From an uncultured delta proteobacterium (lineage in GTDB: Bacteria; Desulfobacterota; Desulfobacteria; Desulfobacterales; JAFDCJ01), in contig CAVYNY010000021.1 in NCBI GenBank assembly GCA_963769935.1, positions 1-64,000 on the forward strand: a stretch of 64,000 bases of DNA, written 5' to 3'. Every line of letters starts with the position of its first letter. Position 1 is the stretch's first letter. The translations under genes were made by a program, and so were the position numbers. The notes below the pieces were generated by a model. It saw only the letters and a list, made by a program, of their open reading frames with translations, had not been told where the DNA came from and ran no database searches. Shown piece after piece: positions 1-8,067 of this stretch.

Positions 1-32
1 TTTAACCATAGCTAATGTTGCTATTATTTAGA

Positions 33-280
33 CAATTAAAGATTGAACCTCTAAGGCGCGAAGGTTCATTTTGTCCGAATCGGGTACATCAGCCGATAAG
101 GCGCCGGCTGATGTTACGATTCGGACAAATCTCTCATGTGTATGACAGGTGAAAAGGCTAAAAGGTTTTATCTGTTATTTAAAACCTTGCCATTCAAAAA
201 ATAATCAGTTTTTCACAAGGAAATTGGAGCATTAATCACTTCTGCGGGATAGGTCTTCGGAATGGTATAGAATCAAATGA
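33..280. repeat. Cassette-boundary repeat copy A (arm + hairpin 70-129) with extended tail shared with copy D
   Basis: CAATTAAAGATTGAACC...AAGGCGCGAAG, then TTTGTCCGAATCG-GGT-ACATCAGCCG-loop-CGGCTGATGT-TA-CGATTCGGACAAA. Tail 130-280 aligns with about 2415-2580. Confidence 0.9.
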
Positions 281-306
281 ATCATTCGACTTTCGCTAAA
301 TTAGGC

Positions 307-513
307 TTAAAGCAAAAAATTTTCTGTAATTCGTTTGGTTGCAACAACTTTAACCCATTCCATGTTTTGAGAAAGGAATTCTATATAATCATCTATCCCG
401 CCTTTTGAAGCTTGCAGCCTGGCAGCGTCAAATGCTTTGCCCCTGATTTTATCATTGGCATCTTCTATCAATTCATATTTTTCTTCACTGCTCAATTTCA
501 CTGAGCCATTCAT
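307..513 (-). CDS. Small hypothetical protein, probable partner of the upstream nucleotidyltransferase remnant
   Basis: 68-aa ORF with AAGGAGG RBS; overlaps the end of the 485-622 mini-ORF in TA-like fashion. Confidence 0.6.
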   Translation of the reverse strand: MNGSVKLSSEEKYELIEDANDKIRGKAFDAARLQASKGGIDDYIEFLSQNMEWVKVVATKRITENFLL

Positions 514-622
514 TCAGTAAAGCCTCCTTGTTAAATAGCTTAAAATATTCCTTGACAAGTTCAATATCAATTTCATTTTGAAATCTATAAATTAGTATCT
601 TTAGAACTTCTTTTAAATTCAT
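485..622 (-). pseudogene. Internally deleted nucleotidyltransferase-like gene (45 aa)
   Basis: Hand translation MNLKEVLKILIYRFQNE/IDIELVKEYFKLFNKEALLNEWLSEIEQ*. Looks like the N- and C-terminal helices of a nucleotidyltransferase joined directly. Confidence 0.5.
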
Positions 623-653
623 TTAAAAGCAGCTTTATTCTACTTCCATCAAT

Positions 654-708
654 CAATTAAAAGAGATTGAACCGCCAAGGCGCAAAGAGTGCGAAGGGTT
701 TTTTTGCC
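654..708. repeat. Cassette-boundary repeat copy B (arm only, hairpin missing)
   Basis: CAATTAAAAGAGATTGAACCGCCAAGGCGCAAAGAGTGCGAAGGGTTTTTTTG. Confidence 0.85.
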
Positions 709-723
709 ATTTTTATTGATTTT

Positions 724-846
724 TTAAACTTTTAGAACAGACCGCACTGCATCAATAATTTTCTGTGCATGGTTTATGCATTCCTCGGCATCTTCGGCAG
801 TTCGGAACCAGCGCATAGCCTCCTTACGGTTCTTTTCAGTGCTCAT
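724..846 (-). pseudogene. Internally deleted HEPN-domain toxin (40 aa)
   Basis: MSTEKNRKEAMRWFRTAED/AEECINHAQKIIDAVRSVLKV*: typical HEPN first helix (EAxRWxxxAxxD) joined to last helix (DAExxIxxAxxI); overlaps MNT stop. Confidence 0.75.
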
Positions 847-1153
847 AAATTGTCGAACCTTCCTTAACAATCTTTTGTATGAAGGCACGATGAGAGATTT
901 TGCTGAACTCTTCAGGTGTATATATCAACATATCTATCGCTGGGTCTGGGATAAGCTCAAAAATTTCGTTAAAAGCTTCGTACCTTTCGAAAAACCTTTC
1001 TTTGGTTTGCACAATGATCATTAGGTCCAGATCGCTCTTGCGACTCTGGGTCTTTCTGGCAAATGATCCGAAAACAACTGCTTTTAGCACCCCTTGCTTT
1101 TCAAACAGGGGGGTTAAGGTTCTTTTTAGGTTATCAACGGTTAGAGAGACCAT
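836..1153 (-). CDS. Minimal nucleotidyltransferase (MNT) antitoxin
   Basis: VFGSFARKTQSRKSDLDL (GSx10DxD motif); ATG at 1153 preferred over the ORF-track start inside the repeat. Confidence 0.9.
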   Translation of the reverse strand: MVSLTVDNLKRTLTPLFEKQGVLKAVVFGSFARKTQSRKSDLDLMIIVQTKERFFERYEAFNEIFELIPDPAIDMLIYTPEEFSKISHRAFIQKIVKEGSTIYEH

Positions 1154-1172
1154 AATTGTTTGTCTGCGACAG

Positions 1173-1282
1173 CAAAAAAAAAATTGAACCGCCAAGGCGC
1201 GAAGATCGCGAAGGGTTTTTTGGCCCGAATCGGGTACACCAGCCGATAAAAAGCGCCGGTTGGTGTTACGATTCGAATAAAT
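1173..1282. repeat. Cassette-boundary repeat copy C
   Basis: ATTGAACCGCCAAGGCGCGAAGATCGCGAAGGG-TTTTTTGGCCCGAATCGGGTACACCAGCCG...CGGTTGGTGTTACGATTCG. Confidence 0.9.
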
Positions 1283-1349
1283 TCAATCCGCCAGTGTTGA
1301 ATCCTTCAGCTTTTTTTTAGCACACTAGGGTTTAGTTATGAATCTCAAA

Positions 1350-1847
1350 TTATTTATCATCAATTAATTTGGCCAATTCGTCGATAAAGTCAGCAAAGGC
1401 AAGCAACTCAGCATGCAGTGATTTCCATAGATCCGGCAATTTTGACATTAGCTTGCTAATCCTGTCAGGCACAAGGTTTGTTGCATAAACATTTCGAACG
1501 AGATGTCTAAACCGCCGAAATTCGTCCAAAGACTTGGCGTTATTCTGGCCGATTACCGCAGGGCGTATGTCCTTGATTTCTTTCGCCATCTGTTGGAGAA
1601 GATCTCGGTGCCAGGCTTCGCCATCTGGAATAGAATGGTCAATGTGTCTGGCAATAAGCTCAAAAAGACGCTCCAAGCCTGAATAAAAACTATGTAGATT
1701 CAGTGCAACAGAATCAAGGTATACTTCTTGCTCGCTCACCGATTTCTGAGCGTATGGCCATGCGCGCAAAGCTCTTTGAACCACTCTCTCCAGATCTTGA
1801 CATTCGCCGTGAATTCTTTGGCTTATCTCTATGTAAATTGAATTCAA
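1350..1847 (-). CDS. HepT-like/HEPN ribonuclease toxin
   Basis: LHSFYSGLE, WHRDLL and FRRFRHLVRNVY HEPN motif; coupled to upstream MNT. Confidence 0.85.
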   Translation of the reverse strand: MNSIYIEISQRIHGECQDLERVVQRALRAWPYAQKSVSEQEVYLDSVALNLHSFYSGLERLFELIARHIDHSIPDGEAWHRDLLQQMAKEIKDIRPAVIGQNNAKSLDEFRRFRHLVRNVYATNLVPDRISKLMSKLPDLWKSLHAELLAFADFIDELAKLIDDK

Positions 1848-2230
1848 AGTTCCAGCCCGTATCTGTCTATAGCCTGTCGTAACGCAACTCCAGATGATTC
1901 AATTTCGATAAAATCTACAGATCTGTCTTTAATTATCTCTTCAGCAATGCTCCAAGCATCCCAGTAGTCATCACCGTGGATTCCTTCTACAGCGAGATCA
2001 ACGTCAGAATCCGAAACAAACCAGCCCTCATGGGCTAGCGAGCCGAATAAGACTATCCGGCGGACATTGAATCGTGATTTAATTTCATCGGCGGCCTTTT
2101 GAATCTGGTTTAATAGGCGGTTTCGTTCTTTTTGCTCTGATGACGATAGTTTTGTTTTGGGTACTTTGTGCCTGCCTGATTTCAGGTAGCGTTCCCAGCC
2201 TTTGCGGCCTAATTCTAAAGCAGTCTGCAT
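1844..2230 (-). CDS. MNT antitoxin (nucleotidyltransferase)
   Basis: LFGSLAHEGWFVSDSDVDLAV motif. Confidence 0.9.
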   Translation of the reverse strand: MQTALELGRKGWERYLKSGRHKVPKTKLSSSEQKERNRLLNQIQKAADEIKSRFNVRRIVLFGSLAHEGWFVSDSDVDLAVEGIHGDDYWDAWSIAEEIIKDRSVDFIEIESSGVALRQAIDRYGLEL

Positions 2231-2302
2231 TGTTATTCCTACTTCCCTAAACCTAAGTTAGAGGCTCATAAAGTGCTTCTATACGGTAGGATTAAAGTCT
2301 TG

Positions 2303-2478
2303 CAATTAAAAATAGATTGAACCGTCAAGGCGCTAAGAGCGTGAAGGGCTTTTTGGTCCGAATCGGGTACACCCGCCGATAAAAAGCGCCGGCTAGTGTT
2401 ACGATTCAAACAAAGTTCTCATGTGTATGACAGGTGAAAGGTAAAAGGCTAAAGGTTAAAGGCTAAAGGTTTTATCTG
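2303..2478. repeat. Cassette-boundary repeat copy D including AAAGGCT/AAAGGTT heptamer run
   Basis: CAATTAAAAATAGATTGAACCGTCAAGGCGCTAAGAGCGTGAAGGG, hairpin, then TCTCATGTGTATGACAGGTGAAA as in copy A. Confidence 0.9.
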
Positions 2479-2684
2479 TTATTTAAAACTTTGCCATTCT
2501 AGAAATAATCATTTTTTCACGATCAAATTGAGGCATCGATCACCTCCGACAAATATCGTCTTCGAAAAGGTGCAAAATCAAAATATTTCCTAAGGCTGTA
2601 ACTTTCAAAGTCGGAACGCAGGTTGGGTTTCTTATCTAAAATAACCTTGCCTTGGCGGATGACATTTTGGATAAAGGAATCGGA
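2479..2684 (-). pseudogene. 3' half of an MntA antitoxin plus internally deleted HepT/DUF86 remnant
   Basis: 2684-2523 reads SDSFIQNVIRQGKVILDKKPNLRSDFESYSLRKYFDFAPFRRRYLSEVIDASI* (similar to the C-terminus of 8051-8503). An overlapping ATG at 2536 (MPQFDREKM) is joined out of frame to LFLEWQSFK*. Confidence 0.7.
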
Positions 2685-3083
2685 CTATTTGAGCAGCTCG
2701 AACAATTCAAGCTTAGCCGCTCTCTTGTTAAATGTAATCACAGGGACGCACCCTGAATACTTCGCATGATGAGCAATCAATAAGTCTGAAAGATCCGTTT
2801 TGTTTTCACGCGCCAAAGATATAAAGCTCCGTGTCGCTGATTGCGCCTCAAACTCTAAGATGGGCATCAACAGAAGTTCATCAATTGAGTCTAATATCTC
2901 TTGCCGGGATGTATCATAAACCGCTTCAAGCACCCAAAGAGTTTCAAGTACAACGAGTATTGGAATAAAAAAAGATTCCGTTTTCGACTCGGCTTGTTTG
3001 AATAGCTTGTATACAGCTTTAGCCTGCAGCTCGTCATCCTTAACCAGGAATCGAATCAACACGTTCGTATCTAACGCCTTCAT
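2685..3083 (-). CDS. vapC: PIN-domain toxin (VapC family)
   Basis: MKALDTNVLIRF, E in VVLETLWVL, DLSDLLI; last acidic residue appears as TFN rather than TFD. Confidence 0.9.
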   Translation of the reverse strand: MKALDTNVLIRFLVKDDELQAKAVYKLFKQAESKTESFFIPILVVLETLWVLEAVYDTSRQEILDSIDELLLMPILEFEAQSATRSFISLARENKTDLSDLLIAHHAKYSGCVPVITFNKRAAKLELFELLK

Positions 3084-3328
3084 CGGGAAAGCACCCGCAT
3101 TTTCTCTCTGATCTTTTCGTCCATCTCCTCGACAGATACCGGCTTTCTTTCAGATTTGTATAATCTCCCAAAAACATCATCGACTTTTTTTGTGACCGGT
3201 TTGATATAGGCTTTACCATTCTCGACGAGGACGAATTCAAGTTTATCCCCTGAATGTAATCCCAAGGATTCCCTGATCGCCTTAGGAATTGTTACCTGCC
3301 CTTTGTTAGTTAGAGTCGCTAATGCCAT
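3080..3328 (-). CDS. AbrB/MazE/SpoVT-family antitoxin
   Basis: ATLTNKGQVTIPKAIRESLGL motif; ATGA overlap with vapC. Confidence 0.92.
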   Translation of the reverse strand: MALATLTNKGQVTIPKAIRESLGLHSGDKLEFVLVENGKAYIKPVTKKVDDVFGRLYKSERKPVSVEEMDEKIREKMRVLSR

Positions 3329-3359
3329 GGAAAATTATCTCCTTACTTTTTTTCGAATT

Positions 3360-3396
3360 CTTACCGCATCGTAAGGCATGGTGGATTAATAGTCAA
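3360..3396 (-). promoter_or_regulatory. Sigma70 promoter with palindromic operator for abrB-vapC
   Basis: Minus strand TTGACT-N17-TACGAT; CTTAC-N6-GTAAG palindrome (3360-3375) overlaps the -10 box. Confidence 0.6.
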
Positions 3397-3442
3397 GCCG
3401 TTTTATGTAACACAATAGAATTATTATTAATTTTATTCAGGA

Positions 3443-3491
3443 ATGTTTTTATTGACAACGACGCCGGCGCCGATGAAACAGTAGCAACCCA
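3443..3491 (-). pseudogene. 49-bp fragment of a second wbpD-like allele
   Basis: 41/49 nt identical to 3882-3930 (counted by hand); reads LGCYCFIGAGVVVNKNIPE versus [19 protein letters not shown]. Confidence 0.85.
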
Positions 3492-3607
3492 ATTAAAAAT
3501 GATTAAACCGCGAAGGCGCGAAGAGCGCGAAGAGTTTTTTGGTTCGAATCGGGTACACCAGCCGATAGGACGCCGGCTGGTGTTTCGATTCGAACAAAGC
3601 TCTCATG
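3490..3607. repeat. Cassette-boundary repeat copy E
   Basis: CAATTAAAAATGATTAAACCGCGAAGGCGCGAAGAGCGCGAAG, then hairpin GTTCGAATCG-GGT-ACACCAGCCG..CGGCTGGTGT-TT-CGATTCGAAC. Confidence 0.9.
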
Positions 3608-3658
3608 CTCTCTCATCAAATGGTGTATCTCACATGCGAATCGCCTTCCTGCTTAAAA

Positions 3659-3694
3659 ATCCTCCTCGATCCTCCTTTAGAAAAGGAGGAGGAT
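3659..3694. repeat. REP-like hairpin
   Basis: ATCCTCCTCGATCCTCCTTT-AGA-AAAGGAGGAGGAT. Confidence 0.5.
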
Positions 3695-3730
3695 GGGTTT
3701 CTCCCTTTTGATAGCGTGCCGAATAGATTA

Positions 3731-5407
3731 TCAAGATTTTATGAGTTTTAATCCGGACTCAGTTTTCGAATATTTTTTGCCGCAGGCCAGGCATTCCAGG
3801 TCGTCCGGCAAGCGTTCGCCGCACTCGCAGGCCCAGCCGATCTGTCTGGCCGGATTGCCGACAACCAGGGCAAAATCGAGGATGTTTTTATTGACCACCG
3901 TACCGGCGCCGATAAAACAGTAGCGGCCCAGGGTGACGCCGCAGACGATCGTGGCGTTGGCGCCGATGGTAGCGCCTTTTTTCACCAGGGTGGGCCGCAC
4001 CTGATCCATTTTGCCGATTTCCGCCCTGGGGTTGTAAATGTTGGTGAACACCATCGACGGCCCGCAGAAGACGCCGTCCTCGAGCGTGATCCCCTTGAAG
4101 ACCGAGACGTTGTTCTGAATCTTGCAGTTTTGGCCGATGCTCACATCCGGCCCGATAACCACGTTTTGGCCGATGTTGCAGTTCGTCCCTATTCTGGAAT
4201 TGGGGAGCACATGCGAAAAGTGCCAGACCTTGGTCCCCCGGCCGATCGTAATATTCTCATCAATGACCGCCGTCGGGTGGATGAATGCGCCTTGCGCTTT
4301 AGCGCGTAGCTCGTAGCTGTTTGTTCGTGAGCTGATAGGACTTTTTTCAAATGCCAAGCCTGCAGGTTCACCCAAAACAATGTTCCGGCCGTTATTGTTG
4401 AGGGAAGCCTGGCTGGCATTGAGAATTTCCAGGACCTTTAAACCTTCCCGTCCGTCTGTTCGCGGTTGGGTGCCGTTGGCCATACAGTCGAGGAAATGTT
4501 GGCACTCCTCCTGCAAAGGCTCGTGCTGCTCGATATTTACTCTTTCCGGATCCGCCTTGGTGGGAACCGGCAAGCTATTTTTCCAGTTGATCTGATGCGG
4601 GTACAAAAGCAGTTTATCCTCCCAGGACAGGGTGTCGTCAAAAACGGCCATTTTGCGATCGCCGACCACCACCAGTTTCTGCTCTTTGAATGGATGCAGC
4701 CAGGACACAAAAATATGCGCCCGCAGCCCCGAGGGAAACACCATGTGAGTGGTGGTGACATCGGCAATTTTTTGATGCAGATAGTTGCCGCCGGTGGTCA
4801 TGATGCTTTCCGGCGCCTCACCGGCCAGCGACAGGATCATGGAAATATCATGGGGTGCAAAGGACCAGAGAATGTTTTCCTCCCGCCTGATCTTGCCGAG
4901 GTTAAGGCGATGGGAATAAATATAGTTGATTCGTCCCAGTTCGCCGGCGGCCGCCATTTCCTTCAGCCGCACAAAAACCGGGTGATACTGCAAAAGGTGT
5001 CCGACCATCAGCACCCTTTTCTTCTGCTTTGCCAACTCGATAAGTTCCTGCCCCTCTTCCTCCCGCAACACCAGAGGCTTTTCTACATAGACGTGTTTGC
5101 CGGCCAGCAGGCTCTCTCGGGCAATGTTGAAATGGGTCTCAGCCGGTGTTGCAATAACCACCCCGCTTATATCACCCCGGGTGAGCACGTCGGTCAGTGC
5201 CAGACAGGTGTCGATGCCCTCATACTGATTCTTGAAATCCGCAAGGATGGTTTCATTTTTGTCGGCTATCAGTTTTAGCGCATTCAGGTGGTAGAAATTT
5301 CGAACCAGGTTTTTGCCCCAGTAGCCGCTGCCGATGACCGCCACCGATGGCGGACTGCCATCGGGTAACGAGTTATTGTTAATGGGTGACGGGTTGTTTT
5401 TTCTCAT
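3731..5407 (-). CDS. Fused Gfo/Idh/MocA oxidoreductase (WbpB-like) and hexapeptide N-acetyltransferase (WbpD-like)
   Basis: GSGYWG Rossmann motif, VEKP, APHD; C-terminal LbH repeats with [19 protein letters not shown] and CxC..CxxC tail. Confidence 0.9.
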   Translation of the reverse strand: MRKNNPSPINNNSLPDGSPPSVAVIGSGYWGKNLVRNFYHLNALKLIADKNETILADFKNQYEGIDTCLALTDVLTRGDISGVVIATPAETHFNIARESLLAGKHVYVEKPLVLREEEGQELIELAKQKKRVLMVGHLLQYHPVFVRLKEMAAAGELGRINYIYSHRLNLGKIRREENILWSFAPHDISMILSLAGEAPESIMTTGGNYLHQKIADVTTTHMVFPSGLRAHIFVSWLHPFKEQKLVVVGDRKMAVFDDTLSWEDKLLLYPHQINWKNSLPVPTKADPERVNIEQHEPLQEECQHFLDCMANGTQPRTDGREGLKVLEILNASQASLNNNGRNIVLGEPAGLAFEKSPISSRTNSYELRAKAQGAFIHPTAVIDENITIGRGTKVWHFSHVLPNSRIGTNCNIGQNVVIGPDVSIGQNCKIQNNVSVFKGITLEDGVFCGPSMVFTNIYNPRAEIGKMDQVRPTLVKKGATIGANATIVCGVTLGRYCFIGAGTVVNKNILDFALVVGNPARQIGWACECGERLPDDLECLACGKKYSKTESGLKLIKS

Positions 5408-5478
5408 CTTCTTCCTGGCAATATTGGATACATTAATCCTGCTTTGTCACATTTATTTAAGATCTGTTTAGAAATTTC

Positions 5479-5803
5479 TCAGGTAATCATTGCCCCTTTA
5501 TGACGGGCGGCCTGGTGCTGATGAGCACGATCTACTAATTCTAAAGCTTTTTTCCGTTTCTTGGATTTCAGCCTTGTCGACCAAATGCATAAATTAATTC
5601 GATGGCCTGGCATGACCAACCACTTCATGATGATCCTTTAACGGCTTGCCGGAAACAGTTAAACCCTCTTCAATGACGAATTTGGTCTCACCAAGCGTCA
5701 GGGTATTTCCTTCGATGGCCGTTGAGGAGTGTGTCCAAAGGTCTCGCAGTTGTGCCTTTAAGGCGGCTTTTATATCGGAGACCAGATGTTGGAAAAATTC
5801 CAC
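5479..5803 (-). pseudogene. Fic-family protein remnant (N- and C-termini only)
   Basis: WTHSSTAIEGNTLTLGET (Fic inhibitory helix) then AIELIY..LVDKAEI joined to KALELVDRAHQHQAARHKGAMIT*; no HPFxDGNGR core. Confidence 0.8.
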
Positions 5804-5832
5804 TTTGAATTACCGTATTTGTATGTTGCATT

Positions 5833-5860
5833 CACCGCGGAGTTCGCTGAGAACGCTGAG
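5833..5860. repeat. 9-bp-period arm related to the cassette-boundary repeats
   Basis: CACCGCGGAGTTCGCTGAGAACGCTGAG immediately upstream of the Fic remnant. Confidence 0.6.
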
Positions 5861-5864
5861 CCTC

Positions 5865-7026
5865 TTATCTTTGATTTTGATCCCAGCGCACCTTGCGATA
5901 AATCTGCTCCGTCCTGACTTTTTCTTTGTGCTTGGCGGCAAACTCAAGCATGTCGGCAATAACTTCATCGGTCAGAAGGTGGGGTTTGAGGCCAAGGTCC
6001 AACAAGCCGGTATGGGCCGGATTGTAGTAGTGCTCTTCGGCCTCCTTGCGGGGATTGGCAACCGTTGAAATTTCAGCTTTAAACCCCAACGAGCGGGCAA
6101 CCCGCCGGACCATTTCGGCCAGCTGGTTGACGCTGAACGTTTCGGTAAACTGGTTGAAGATTCGAAGTTCACCTTTTGGGGCAGGATTTTCAAGGGAAAG
6201 CCGCACGCAGTTCAGGGTGTCGATGATATTGAGATATCCCCTGGTCTGTCCGCCTTTGCCGTAGACCGTCAGAGGATAGTCCGCCACGGCTTGAACCGCA
6301 AAGCGGTTCAGCACGGTGCCGAACAGTTCATCATAATTCAGAAAAGAGTATAAATCTTCATGGCCGCGATTTTCCTCGGTAAAGATACCGTAGACGGGCC
6401 CCTGCATCAGGTCGGTAACCCGAAGCTCCCAGGTTCGCACATAAAACCACAAAAGATCCGTATCCATGATCTTGGTGGTGTGATACAGGCTGCCGGCCTG
6501 GCGTGGATACAAAAATTTTTGACGGCGGCCCTTATGGTGAACCTCAAGCCAACCTTCCTCGATATCGATGTCGGGCGTCCCATATTCACCCATGGTGCCG
6601 AGTTTGACGATGTGGGCCTCCGGACAGAATTGCTGCACGGCAAAAATCAAATTCGCCGTGACGTCAAGGTTGTTTTGCAAAGTCAGCGTGGCGGCGCGGC
6701 GATTCAGCATGGAATACGGGGCGGCCGGCTGTTCCGCATAGTGAACAATTGCTTCCGGAACAAACTCCCTGAAAAACTTCTTCAACAAACTCCCAATTTC
6801 TCAGATCACCGATGAAGATGGGAATAGAGTAACCTGCAAGGGTTTCCCACAAAGCGGATCGCTGATGCAAATTGGGGACTTCGACCAACGGCTCGACATT
6901 TTCTTCCCGGCCTAAAGATCTGCGCAAATAGTTGTCGACCACGGCGACCTTATGGCCATGCGCGGTCAAATGCATGGCCGTCGGCCAGCCTAAATAACCG
7001 TCACCGCCTAAAATTAAAACATTCAT
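5865..7026 (-). CDS. UDP-sulfoquinovose synthase-like NAD-dependent epimerase/dehydratase (SQD1/SqdB/Agl3 family); one frameshift near 6790
   Basis: GGDGYLGWPTA, HYAEQPAAPYSM, KLGTMGEYGTP, YHTTK, TDLMQGPVYG. Confidence 0.85.
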
Positions 7027-8067
7027 TGGGTTTCTTCCAACAGTTTGTGAGTATGGAGGAATTCGGCCAAAGCGCGTTGGGAAAGCGGCGCATGATTGGC
7101 CGAATTGTAAGGTTTGGTTACCGTCTGGCTGACAACATTTGAATAGTTGTAATCGATTTTGCGATAGATACTGCCATAGGCGGGCAGCACGACAAAATAT
7201 TGCTTCAATTCCCAGGCTCTTCTGATTTCCTCTTCATTCATCAACTCTTCATATAATTTTTCACCCGGTTTGCTTCCGATGGTTTTAATTTCAATATTTT
7301 CCGGTGAAAATTCATAGCGCGAAGCCAATTCTTTGATCATCACCTCGGCCAGATCTTGAATGCGAATTGCCGGCATTTTAGTGATAAAAACTTCACCCCC
7401 GACCGCATGGCAGGCCGACTCGATTACCAAACGAATAGCCTCTTCCAGACTCATTATAAACCGGGTCATGGTCGGATCGGTTAAGGTCACCGGACCGCCG
7501 CGGCGGATTTGTTCCCGGAAGATAGGAATCACAGAACCCCGGGAGCCCAGGACATTGCCGAACCGGGTGGAAGTGAATATGGGACCGTCTTCCCGGCTGT
7601 TGCTGTTGGCCGCCGCCATCAATCGCTCTCCCATCAGCTTGCTGGCGCCCATGACATTGGTCGGGATTGACGGCCTTGTCGGAACTGGTGAAGATGACGC
7701 GTTTTACTTTATTTTCTATCGCAGCGTTGATAATATTTTGAATACCCAAAATGTTGGTCTGTACGGCTTCGAAAGGCGAACGCTCACATAAAATCACATG
7801 TTTAAAGGCCGCCGTATGAAAGACGATGTCCATGCGCCTCATCTTGCGGGAAACCTTTTCCCGATCACGCACATCGGCCAGAAAAAAACTGACATTTTCG
7901 AATGGCGCAAATTCTTCTTCCAGAAAAAAAAGCTCGCTCTCATTGTTGTCGATGCCGATAAGCTCACAAACCTTATGGTTTTTCAACAACTGATGGATCA
8001 ATTCCCTGCCGACGGTGCCGCAGGCGCCGGTTACGAGTACCCTTTTATCCTCAAATAGTGATTTCAT
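7023..8067 (-). CDS. CapD/PseB-like UDP-GlcNAc 4,6-dehydratase; one frameshift near 7665
   Basis: TGACGTVG, AAFKHV, SSDKAVNP, MGASK, RFGNVLGSRGSVIP, KPGEKLYEEL. Confidence 0.88.

Noticed and set aside
33..3607. CRISPR array or canonical integron
   Set aside because: Repeats are about 110 bp with gene-sized spacers; no cas or intI gene in the window; no RYYYAAC/GTTRRRY attC ends.
3322..3711. 129-aa plus-strand ORF
   Set aside because: Runs through a promoter, the wbpD scar and repeat E; no recognisable protein features.
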